From contig NC_042997.1 of the NCBI RefSeq assembly GCF_006345805.1, positions 80,228,001-80,292,000 on the forward strand: DNA of 64,000 nt, in the 5' to 3' direction. The DNA is from Octopus sinensis. Lineage: Eukaryota. Below are positions 52,801-64,000 of the stretch, in pieces. The position numbers were made by a program, and so were the translations under genes. The notes beneath the pieces were generated by a model. That model ran no database searches and was not told the DNA's origin. It worked only from the letters and a program-made list of their open reading frames with translations. Numbering within the stretch: the stretch's first letter is position 1; each line of letters begins with the position of its first letter.

Positions 52801-53954
52801 TTGCAAGTAAATTGCAGCCTTAAGAATATTATTCAACTACTACCGTACTTGAATGGTATTTGTACATATGTATGTATGCATGGATATATATACATATTTA
52901 TATCAATGTACGTATGGATATATATATATATATAAATATATACACACACACACACATATGTATGCCTGCATGTATATATATATTAAAAAAGAATGTTGTT
53001 TATTTTAATTTAGAAAAATAAAGAGTATTAAAAAGAACACATTATGGGATGACCCAATATAGAGGCTACCAAATAAACTATATTTTTGGCACGACTCTTT
53101 TTTACAACTAAAATAACCTTGGAAATGAGGTCAGGTCACACAATTTTGAGGTCATTTTCAGGCAACATTTCAATTTGCTTCTTATGTTTCACTTATGTGT
53201 AGAATTCTACACAGACATTTATGAAAAGGTACACATAAATATTGTATTAAAATAAACCACAACCAAAAAGTTTCATTAAAAGACATCCATTTCTTTATAT
53301 GTTATGAAGAAATAGTCACTCACTCTCTTTCTCTCAAATGCACACACACACATACAAAAAAGATGTATGCATGTGTATTTATGTATGTGTATATGTATGT
53401 GTGTGAGAGAGTGAATGCTACTTACATATACATGCAAAAAATACATACATGACACACACCACTCTCTCTCTCTTCCAGACACACACATGTTCATTTCATA
53501 TACATGTACATCTTTCACTTTCTGCTTTCACTTTGAAGCAGATGTCGCCTTTTCAGTTTCTGCTCTCTTCAAAGTATAAAGAAATAGAAAATTTTATGGA
53601 AATTAACAAACAATCATATGATTCCATATAATTGAGTTGATGGGGGAGGGGGGAATTAAAATTTTGAAAACATGATTTCTGGCCAAAACCATATTAACTC
53701 CCTTTTATACAATGAAATAGTATATAGTTTGTGATTCTTCTTAAGAACAGAAAACACTTTCATACAAACCCATGCCAATTGTACCCTCCTCTCTTTACTT
53801 TTAAACAAACAATAACTTCCATTACACCAGTAATCCAGTTCTCTATATATCAGCTGTGCTGATTCTACCCATAAGAAAGAAACAAATAATACAATGTGAC
53901 TGTAGGTCATAACACCTGGGCAATGCCAGGATGCATCGCTAGTAAAACATGATT

Positions 53955-54115
53955 TCTGGTAAGGTAGCCGCAGGAGAAATACACAGCTAAAGATAAACCT
54001 CAGTACTTGGTCTTTGTTGATTTGGAGAAAGCCTTTGGCAGGGTCTCCCGATCCCTTATCTGGTGGTTAATGTGGAAACTAGGGATAGACGAGTGGTTGG
54101 TGAGAACTGTACAAG
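53955..54115 (+). mobile_element. RTE RT fragment
   Basis: QEKYTAKDKPQYLVFVDLEKAFGRVSRSLIWWLMWKLGIDEWLVRTVQ matches the larger RTE copies. Confidence 0.9.
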
Positions 54116-54124
54116 TTATTATTA

Positions 54125-54245
54125 ATAACATTGCCTTTCATCCTTTTGGGGTCAATAAAATAAGTACCAGTTGAGCACTGGGGTTGATGTAAATTAACTT
54201 AACCTTCTTCCCCCAAAATTTCAGGCTTTGAGCCTATAGTAGAAT
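54125..54245 (+). mobile_element. SINE family C, 3' part
   Basis: gcctttcatccttttggggtcaataaaataagtaccagttgagcactgggg. Confidence 0.8.
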
Positions 54246-55599
54246 GGATTATTATTAATACCTAAGAGAAAAAGGTAGATAGTGAAAACTAGCAGTTTCA
54301 ATCCTAGCTGAAGTCAATTCATTCTTTATTTTTAAAAAAATATATTCACAAAGTTGTGGTCATACACAACTATGAAACTATGAGACAATGGTTAAATAAA
54401 GATATTGACAACAGGGTAGGAATATTTTACTAATTATACCTTATATAAACCTATATCTTCAATTAAAAACAATTTTGTTTCTATAAATAGGAAAGTTCAT
54501 TAGCTTAACTTGAGAATATTGCTGATATTACTGGAAATTATCTTATTAAAATGACACTAAACAGATGTATAGTTGTTTGTTACTTCAACAAATTCAATGA
54601 TTTTTTCCCTCCATCCATTATGATAAATTTGAAGTCATTTTGTTTTTACTTTTAATCAACATTTAAATAATGAAAAGTTATGAAGTATCATGTTTCGAGA
54701 GTAGACAGCAAAGAACTTTCCTTATGAAGATAAAATAAAAAAAATAAAAAAACCCATCACCATCAACAAAAAACAATTTGTTAATCACCTTTCAACATCA
54801 AATAACTTTTAATTATTGAAGATTTCCTTAATGATAACTTTTCAATAAATTATATTTGACAGAATTTCTTAAAATGCAAATAACTTAACTAATTCTAACC
54901 CTAATATGTTACAGTCACACAATTTCCATTTGTATAATTGTCGACAGCATAAGAAGTGAAAAATTTCTGAGCTGAATGAATAAATTATGCAATAGTTCAA
55001 GATCTTTAATACTTTATTGAAGAGAAAACTGAAGATAAAGAAGAGGACACCTGAAATGCAGTAAATACTGAGTCATTAGAAACATGCAGATAAATATTAC
55101 ATCTGTATGTATCTGAATAGCTGCTTAAGTTGCTACAGTTATAGTAAAATGTGGAATTGCAGTTATTCTACATTAGTTTTCTGAATCACAAAAGTCCTTG
55201 GGGCTTGTAGTTAACTCTGATTCCATAATTAAGCAAGTGAGAAACAAATCTTCCTTTTGATTAGAAATATCCATCATATATAGGTTTACCATGGAAGGCA
55301 CTGAGCTCTGTGTATAAACATATAAATTATTTGGTGAATTCCACAGTACTGTCACTTCTTACAACAATTAATTATACCAGTCATGATACTTTTTCAGAAA
55401 TATGTCGACTTGGATGCTGAAAGCAAAATATTTCAGCAGTGTCAGTGACAAGATTTAAAACTCTAGCTTCTTGGCTAGTCGTTGGGTACTCTATTAATTT
55501 AGATAACTACTCTGTCAGTTACACTACACTGAGTATTTACAATTAACCTAATGTTTCTCAAAATTGCAACATTGCTAAGTGAAATTATAATATCAAAAA

Positions 55600-55840
55600 A
55601 GGTCAAAGTCCTTCTGGTGTAGAAGGCTGGTTACCCAGATTCTGTGGCATATATATTGCCTGTCTGGTTAGGATAGCAGCCCATCACAGAATTACTCATT
55701 TTTGCCAGCTGAGTGGACTAGAGCACTGAAAAGTGAAGTGTTTTGCTCTAGAACAGAACACACTGCCCAGTCCAGGATTCAAAATCACAATCTAACAATC
55801 ATGAGTGCAACACCCAACCACTAAGCCACATACCTCCACA
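55600..55840 (-). mobile_element. SINE related to family B
   Basis: The head and ccactcagctggcaaaaatgag segment match family B. The distal body differs. Confidence 0.6.
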
Positions 55841-57030
55841 TAATTATATAACTATATCTGAACAAATGTAACTGATACTATACTTTAAGCAATGACAAAA
55901 CATACCAGTGCAACTATGGTTTAAATAACCATAGTATAAAATACAGTGTCCCTGTATCAACAAATAACTACAATGCTGCTTACATCTCCAGATAACTGCA
56001 ACATTGCCAAGCGACTACAGGTAAACAATTTGTATCTCTAGGTAATTATAAACAGCTTAGATTCTAAAAGTCTGTATAGTAATTACATTATCTCTTGGTA
56101 AATAGTTCACAATGGCAACTTTGAAGAAACAGAATTATAGTTCTTCAAAGAATAACCAAATTTTGCCACTTCAAGTAATTTAGTAAAAATAGGACAGACT
56201 GAGGAAAGCTCCTTTACAATTAGAGTTAAATATCAACTTCATCAAAAATAAATTTTAATACCATCCCAAGCAAAAATTACTGCTTTAGCCTTTTCACTAA
56301 GAACAAAATTCATAAAATGAAAAATAAACCCAGGCATACATCAACTGCAATATATTAATAGAAACAGTCTTTATAACTAATGAGCTTCATTTTTTCTTTA
56401 AGAGACAATAAAGTTAGATCAGATACTAAAAAAACAAAGAAAACTCAGGACAAATCTAGTTGAGTTGTTCATTGTCTTGATTTTCAAAATCTGCCAATTT
56501 GATTTAGTTTTACTTTTCTTTCATATCTAACCATATTTGAGATAGTTTTTATCAATACCAATAAGTGGTTGTTAGACTAGACATAAATAAAGCAAGATCT
56601 GGAAGTAGACTTAAAATTATAATTCGGAGATGATAAAAAAAGATATCAGATAACAAATTTTAAGAGATATTTAAAACAACTGAAGTTTAAAAACAAAAAT
56701 AATAGCACAGTTATCCTATAAGTCAATAGGAGTAGTATAAATTAAATACTATAAACATCTTAATTACATATAAAATAATAAACATATATTTTAAGGTCTG
56801 GTCAGGAAGGAGTTGTGCCTATGGTTTTTACAGGTCTTTCTAGACTGCATGAAATCACCACTGTAGGAAAAAATGGGACAGATATTCTGGAAGAAAAGAT
56901 AAAGCATAGTAGTTAGTGCAGGTCCCAGAGGGGAGTGTAGACTATGTGGATGAGAAGGAGAGATGAGTAAGTTGGGTGTGTTTGAATGGAGATGGAAGGA
57001 GACTAACTTTCAGGAGCAGAAAAAGCCTTG

Positions 57031-57176
57031 TAATTAATTGTTATGATGTTGCTCCCATCACAATCCAATCTCTGGCCTATTTTTTAAATTTTTGTTTCTA
57101 TAGTGGCCACTACAGAAAAAAAAAAAACAGGCCAGGGACTGGATTGTGATGGGAGCAAGATCATAACAATTAATTA
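57031..57176. repeat. Long palindrome/hairpin
   Basis: 48-bp arms at 57031-57078 and 57129-57176 (3 mismatches). The spacer-less inner palindrome tttctatagtgg|ccactacagaaa lies at 57095-57118. Confidence 0.92.
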
Positions 57177-57199
57177 CGAAGCCTTTTCCTTCTTGGTTG

Positions 57200-57900
57200 T
57201 GGTCTAGAATGTTTGAGTGGAGTTAGCAGGAATGTATGAGAAATGAGAGCAATATTGCATATATTTCACTTGAGCTTAGTAGCAAGGTAGCATGTGTTTG
57301 GTGTTGAAGTATTTTCTGGAAGTAGATTTAGAAGGCTAATCATTGTGATGTTGTCTTTACCAAGCTGAAGGACCAGTGATGGTGCAAGCCAAATATCCAT
57401 AGCAACATTGAGTATTGTCCATGTTTAGTGGGGATGGTGGTGGGTGAGGTTCAATATTGTTTTCTTGATATGTGCAGTGATTATTTCTTTGTGTTAGTGA
57501 AGGTATCAAGATTAACATGACCCCATTGGAGAATGTTTTCCAGGTTCCTGTTCATGAAGTCATTACTGATTTTGCAAGGGTACCATAAATAGACAACAAA
57601 GGTTGCAACAATGCATCATATGCATACAACACAGGTATATGATGCTTAAGTGCAGAAGGTTAGGGAAGAGTATGGATGGAGCATTGTCGACAAGTAAAAG
57701 CAAGTTGCTGATATAGAGAAGAAACAGTGAGGAGGACAAAAGCAAGTATTGGAGCACACCAGAGTTGACAGAGTGTAGGTTACAAAGAAATCATCAGCAA
57801 TCTCAGCAACGGAGCAGTCTAACAGAGAGCCTCCAATCCAAAAGACTAGAAGTGGATGAAACCCATAGAGAAGCATTTTTAGCAAGGATATTCCCATACC
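57200..57900 (-). mobile_element. Heavily decayed CR1/L2-group RT fragment
   Basis: YGFHPLLVFWIGGSLLDCS, SVNSGVLQ...LFLLYISNLL and YAYDA resemble YGF...W..SFL.DR / V.SGVPQGSVL...LFLLYINDL / YADD. Confidence 0.65.
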
Positions 57901-60900
57901 AGACAAGTCTGAATGCTTTATAACACTATTTAAAATAACATAACAGTAAACGTTCTTTTTTTATAACATATTCTTCATGATATTTAAGTTATAAACTGCA
58001 TCATTAAATTCTCTGTTAATAAATATAAGGAATACTTCAATTATTATTATTTTTTTTTATAACTGTTTAGCTAACTAATATCAAGTTAAACTACTGCAAC
58101 AGTTTGTTTTGAAACTATCCACTGAAATTGTGAATGTGCTTGCATATTTTACAACCATTCTAATGATTTTCTGACATTAGAAATTTTACACTCCTTAAGT
58201 AAAGGTTGATTAGCTTTTATTTGGACTTCTTCACAATGTCGAATTGAATATATTTTGACATACAAACTGAAAGAATCATTAAGAAAAACAGACACAGTTC
58301 CTACAATATAAAGAAACTGTTTTAATTTAAATCTAGCAACAAAATAAAATTAAAACCTTAACTGGAATCGAGTTGATTTATCCTTTATGTTTTATTTTTG
58401 AAGAGCTTACACAGCAGCATATGACCCCACATACATTTAATTGCAATATTGATGTGTACACCAAGGGTGCTGGACACTAGTGAGCAGCAAGGTACAATCT
58501 CTTAGTTTCCTTCTCAACATCATTACTGTTTCTCATTTTCCACTTTGTTACAAGACTTCCATCTTCAGGAATTCTCCTCCCTTCTCAGTAGTCGATATGC
58601 ATTTTTGCCACCATTTGAGTGTCTTATCAGTTTCTCAAGATATTAACTGATGTATTAATTTTTATGCAAGGAACTTTGAGTTTAGATGTCCACATGGGCT
58701 GTGAACCATTGTTCTGTTGATGGTGTCAAAAAGGCTTTGGTCTTTTAGTGTCTAGAAGTAGCTTCTAGACGCTAAGAAAGCAAAATGTTTTTGTTGCAAG
58801 AACATAAAATGACCAGTATCTCTAGTTCTATCATTGTTGATGATATTCAAAGCTGAATGTATGAATGGGCATGTAATTCTTTTTGCTATGTCTTTATGTA
58901 TAACAAACTTTCTGTCTACTATGGTGTACATATCAACAGAATACCTGTGTATAGGTCTTGACATTATCACAAGTGATTAAAGTAGATTTATGAACCATGA
59001 ATTAGTGTGAAGCGAAATCCATGCATAACACTTTTTTTCCCTAGAAGAGTGTAATTCCAAAGTTGTGTCCATCTTCTTCACTTATAAAGATAAGAAAACA
59101 CCAAACAGTATCACATGATCGGTCTCACTTTTGATGTTTCTGTCTCAAAGTTTAGGATAATATGCTTTTTTTTTTCATGTTCTTGTTCACTCTTAATCAT
59201 GATTCATCACTCCTTCTGTATTGCCAGCCATCACTCTCTGTCCCCTGCCATACATCATTTTGCCTACCTCTGCTATTGCCCTCATTTCCCCACTGTCTTC
59301 ACCCCAATCAGTAAGTCTACCATTATACTCTTACACTTTCACCCACTCATTCTGCCCCTTCTGTCATTAACTTTCTATTTCCCTCACGGGTAACATTGCC
59401 TTGAACAGACATAACATCTTAAGGTAGTGAGTACTCTTTAGGTAATCCCTCTTGCGATGGTGTGAGGCTCTTCTCCGCCGAGTGTCACTTCTAGAGTGAT
59501 GGCAAATGAGCAGAGAACAATTAGAGTTAAGAGGTACTTTTGGTCCTGTCTCACTGAGGACTTTAAAATCTCTCTAGTATTTGTGCCATGAAGAATGCAC
59601 TCAATACATACTGTAAAGTTTAAAGTTAAGTATATGATAATCTGTTTAGTGTTAGTCCCACAAGAAATGCAGCTAATACAAATCAAGCGAACATTGAACA
59701 TAAAAAAATCTGTCTATGAGAGTTGCAGCTTCCATTAAGAACTTGGATCATGATGATCTGTCAAACCCATAACATCATGGAAAGTGGACATAAGAATGAT
59801 GATTGATATACAGAGTGGTGGTGGAGGATGTAAAAGAAACATACAGAAATTAACTACAAACTGAGTAGTAGAATGAATAAAAAATTAAATTATATTAAAA
59901 TGTCTTTTAGCATATAGTTTTCTGGCTCATAAAAGGCCATGATCAGAGGAAGGGTCACAATAAGGACTATATTTTAAATATTGAATGAAATTGAACATAA
60001 ACAGACTGACAATGTGTTTGTAGCAATAATGATAAAAGATTATTTAAGAGAAAGATAGAGGGGAAAAAATCATTTTTATGTTGAAGTTTTCATGTGGGTA
60101 TAGGTTGGATGGGACTTTTGGAGGCAGTATTTTATAGGTGGATTTCCTTCTTGATGCCATCTCTTTTTAGTCATCTCCTATGACATAGAGGTATATGGTG
60201 TACCTATTCTAAAATTAAGATACACATATCATTCAGAAGTTTAAGGGAAATTTAAGTAAAAATTAAACTTTATTAAATTGTTGCCTAGCTTACAGTCTTC
60301 TAGCTGATGAATATCTACAAAATATGATAAGAAGGTATGTCAAAAAGAGAATTATATTCTAAATATTGAATGAAGAGTTAAGTTTTCATTAGAAGTGTGT
60401 CTAGTAGGAAAGAAATATGAGAGTATCACAGGATAGATAATTTGAAGCATTAATGGTTTCTGGAATATTCTTAAATTGTACATGTATATGAATAATTTAC
60501 ATTGGTGCTGTATAGATCACTAAAAATATAATAGAAACTTTCACAGTGAGATGGTGAATAACATCTATGATATTATTTTGTGGGTGGGGTTGGGGATGTG
60601 TTTTGTAGTTTTTGACTCAGTCTAAAACAGAGATACATTCATAAATGTACTAAATATATAAATATTTTCTTCTTATAACAGGTATTTAACTTCAGCTTGT
60701 GCTGTAAAATATATGCTTCAAAAAAATTTGTAACGATGACACTGAATTTTCACATTGTCAGCTTCTTGCATGATTTAAAAAACACCTAAATAAAGATTTA
60801 ATTTTTTTTTTTTTTTACCTCAAGAGGATAATTTGTAGAGAAATAACAACTTACAAAAAAATACTGTTACAATCTTATATAGATATAAATAAAACTGTTG

Positions 60901-63900
60901 CATCTCATAACTGCTAATTTAAATGTGGCCAAAGGATATTGTACAGTTACACATAATATAGACACAAGTAAAGAATAAGAAATGATATTCTTAAACTAAC
61001 AATTAGATACAACCCACATGACAGAAGAAAGTACGTTGTATTGATTAGCAGCTTTGATTTATTAACCACATAATTACACATACACACGCACACTTTAAAA
61101 AAAAAAATTCCAGAGCAGAAGTTAATTCTCAACCTGCATCTGATATTGTAAAATGCAGCAATATTGATTTTTTCATCACCTAGCTTTAATCGTGGAAAGG
61201 GAAAATTTTTGAAATATTATTTATGGCTATCTATAATGGTTACGACTAACACTCATTTTTTTAAAAAAAAAAAGATAGTATCATATGTATACTGAAATGA
61301 AATCATTTCACCAATGCTTTGTATGATGAGGTTTCAAATTCACATGTGTCAGTCTACCTAGCAAAGTACAATCTGAAGAATTTGGGGTTGGATAAAAGAA
61401 ATCATAAGCAAACAAGAAGGTATTTTGATTTTGTCAGTTATTAGAATAGATCAACCACATAATTGATACCATGCACATATTACTTCAGTCTTTTAAGTTT
61501 CTGGCTCCAAATCAAAACAGATAATTGCTAGCCTAGTTATATATTCTAGGTAGTTTAAAAATGATCGAAATAAAATATTTATAGCCTTCATACTAGTTTG
61601 CTATATTTTCCTTCTACAGACAATGATATGAATTTCTGCTTAAATCAAAGACAGAAAAAAAGCTCAACAATATGCTACTAAACTTTACACAAACACAATA
61701 TATATAACACTAACTTCATATACCCACCAACCAACATCTATCCTCAAATTGTCTGCTCTTAATACTATGTACATATAAAGCTTCTTCCTTCCTTTTTCCC
61801 CCCATCACCCAACTTGCTAACCATTTATATTTCCTATAAAATCACAGACACACTCCTACTATTCTTTCATATATACTTTGAACAACTTTCTGTCCTCTGT
61901 CTTGACAAAAAAAAAGTTTTTTTTAGCTGTCTTCCACTAGCCCTTCTCTAAAGATCTTGTCCATATTGGATTATACTCTCTTAGATTTAACTCCCAACCA
62001 CATTGTACTTTTTATATGCACAAACACACAGAAAGCCAACTCTTTATAATATACACACAAAACATCACAAAGACTTGTACATACTCTGAGCAAATACCTG
62101 TGCTACACTTTGACCAATACACACATTTGAATTACAAGTGCATGCGCACACACACGCCAACACAAAATGCTATTCATATTTCACATGCATTCAATCTTAC
62201 AGCCTGATACATTCACACCACACCCACATATCAACTCACCTACACATTAACACTAACACCATCCAATATGACATGCACACATATCATTAAACACATGTGT
62301 ACCCAACCAAACACACTCATATATGCAATCTCTACATACTGGCTATCAAAAGTACACATATTGATACGAACACCTACACACCTGCCCACATCTCCCTTTC
62401 TGACTACCTCATAGAATGACAGTCCTCCCTTTCATCTTTGTCATCTTCCCATTTCTACCCAATTATATTACAGAATTTGTTTTCTCTCTCTCTCATTCTC
62501 ACACTTCCTCCCCTTCTCTCTATGTGTCCTCTTCAGTTCCCCTTCTTTCTTTTTAAGGACAAATATCTGAAACATTAAAGACACTTCACTTTTCCTTCAA
62601 GTGCTAAACTTAATAATATATTATTATGACATTTATCCTCTCTGTATTGTTTTAACTATATTTACTGTTTTTTTTTCTAATTTTAATTTTTATTTTACAT
62701 ACACATGACAAGACAAATGATGACTATTAACATCAATAAGAAATCTGTGTGTTTACTTGACCTGCAAGAAATAACCAAACCTTGCTCATATCCAACTCTA
62801 CTGTTGCAAATATTTACAATCACTTTATGCACAAGTATTTCAGTTTATGAAAGGCATTGGATATGGTGGACATAAAGATACTGACTGTAAATAAGATGGA
62901 ATGGTCATGCCTATTATACTTTTGATCACAGTCACAGTTGACAGGGTCAACTTAAATTTTAATTGTAAAATTCCTGCAAAATGTAAAGCATTGACAGGAT
63001 GTTTACACATACAACAGATTTCTTTTGCTATGGTGCAAAGAAGTATTTTAAGCCAAAGCACGCACCCTCTTAAAATGATCCTCTTTTACTCCTTAAACTT
63101 ATTTTATTGACCCTGATGTAAATAGAACTATTAAATGCAAATCCCTATAAAGGTATATATTTCACACAATCTAGTTTAACATGCATGCTAACACTTGCAC
63201 TTAAAGCAACACCTTGCTTAATCTTGATATTGATTTCTTACAATAAGAGACATTAATTCTTGTAAACATAAGGAAGTCTATCGAATTAATCCAGAAAATT
63301 GCATGGTTTCTTTTTTCAAATTTTAAGAAGTTGGTTCCAGCAGGATATACATAATTATTTACTTCTAATATTGGCTCAAGGCAATATACTATATATACTT
63401 TATACAGCTATTTGAATTCACTCTGGAAGGTTAAGAAACAACCCTAGCAGAATGTAAAGGTTGAACATAAAACTGTAAACAAAACCTATTCAATAAACAA
63501 CAGTGCACACACACACACTTACACAATAAACAACAAAAACAAAACACAAAATTCTTCCAAATGATTAGCCTAGACAAATTTAAGAGGATTAACAGATCAA
63601 GATTTTTCACAAAAGTATTAATTATTCAAGAAATGTTTCTATTTCTTGCTAACATACAGAATAAAAACTGAAAGTACAATAAATGATAGAGATTCTCATT
63701 TACAAAAATGAGGTATCAATTACTCCTTATAGAGATAAAGGTGAGAGCCACAGTGAACATCTATTTACATTTGTATGAAAAGATTCAAACATATATCAGT
63801 TGTATAAAAGTTTGCTGCATATAAAGTCATACTGTGATTGCCTTCCTTAATATTACACTGAGGGCAGTGACTGGGCAGAATGAAGAGTACTGGACAAAAT

Positions 63901-64000
63901 GCCATGAAGTGTTCAGTTACACCTTTTTATGTTCTGAATTCAAAACCCACCCTTCCACATTCTAAAATGGTAAATATCAAGAACCTCAAATGGCTGTTCA

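Noticed and set aside
55173-55355. 60-aa minus-strand ORF as a candidate GALNT 5' exon
   Set aside because: No similarity to GALNT stem or catalytic sequence and no clear splice pair.
58380-58970. Minus-strand ORF 58752-58970 and a nearby KWWQK string suggesting a piggyBac-like remnant
   Set aside because: There are too many stops, no TIR or TTAA site was found, and the similarity is too weak to call.

Overview
This is AT-rich, intron- and repeat-rich animal DNA. The SINE/RTE repertoire resembles octopod (Octopus-like) genomes as I recall them, which is inference only. The one host gene I can support is a minus-strand polypeptide N-acetylgalactosaminyltransferase of the GALNT1/GALNT13/pgant5 type. 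Four internal exons (27839-27943, 13116-13218, 9340-9510, 1484-1601) have canonical GT-AG sites and splice in frame through the DxH and WGGEN motifs. I found no 5' or 3' GALNT exons in the window. The introns hold three mariners, a Tc1, a Tigger/pogo, RTE LINEs with a PHD finger inside the RT, CR1/L2-group LINE pieces, a Penelope-like GIY-YIG element, three SINE families and very long (TA)n-type microsatellites. Nearly all long ORFs in the supplied track are microsatellite artefacts or TE fragments. The most interesting signal is a cluster at 35.7-48.7 kb of six hammerhead-ribozyme-like motifs from four apparently distinct short-element families, all embedded in (TA)n tracts. Every copy has palindromic (dimer-type) stem III and every copy is degenerate. 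Other points of interest: a duplicated composite block, a CpG-retaining promoter-like island at about 49.5-52.8 kb inside the giant intron, a SINE/CR1 shared 3' tail, CCCH zinc fingers in a CR1-type ORF1, and a ~150-bp palindrome at 57.0-57.2 kb. All folding, alignment and counting was done by eye.
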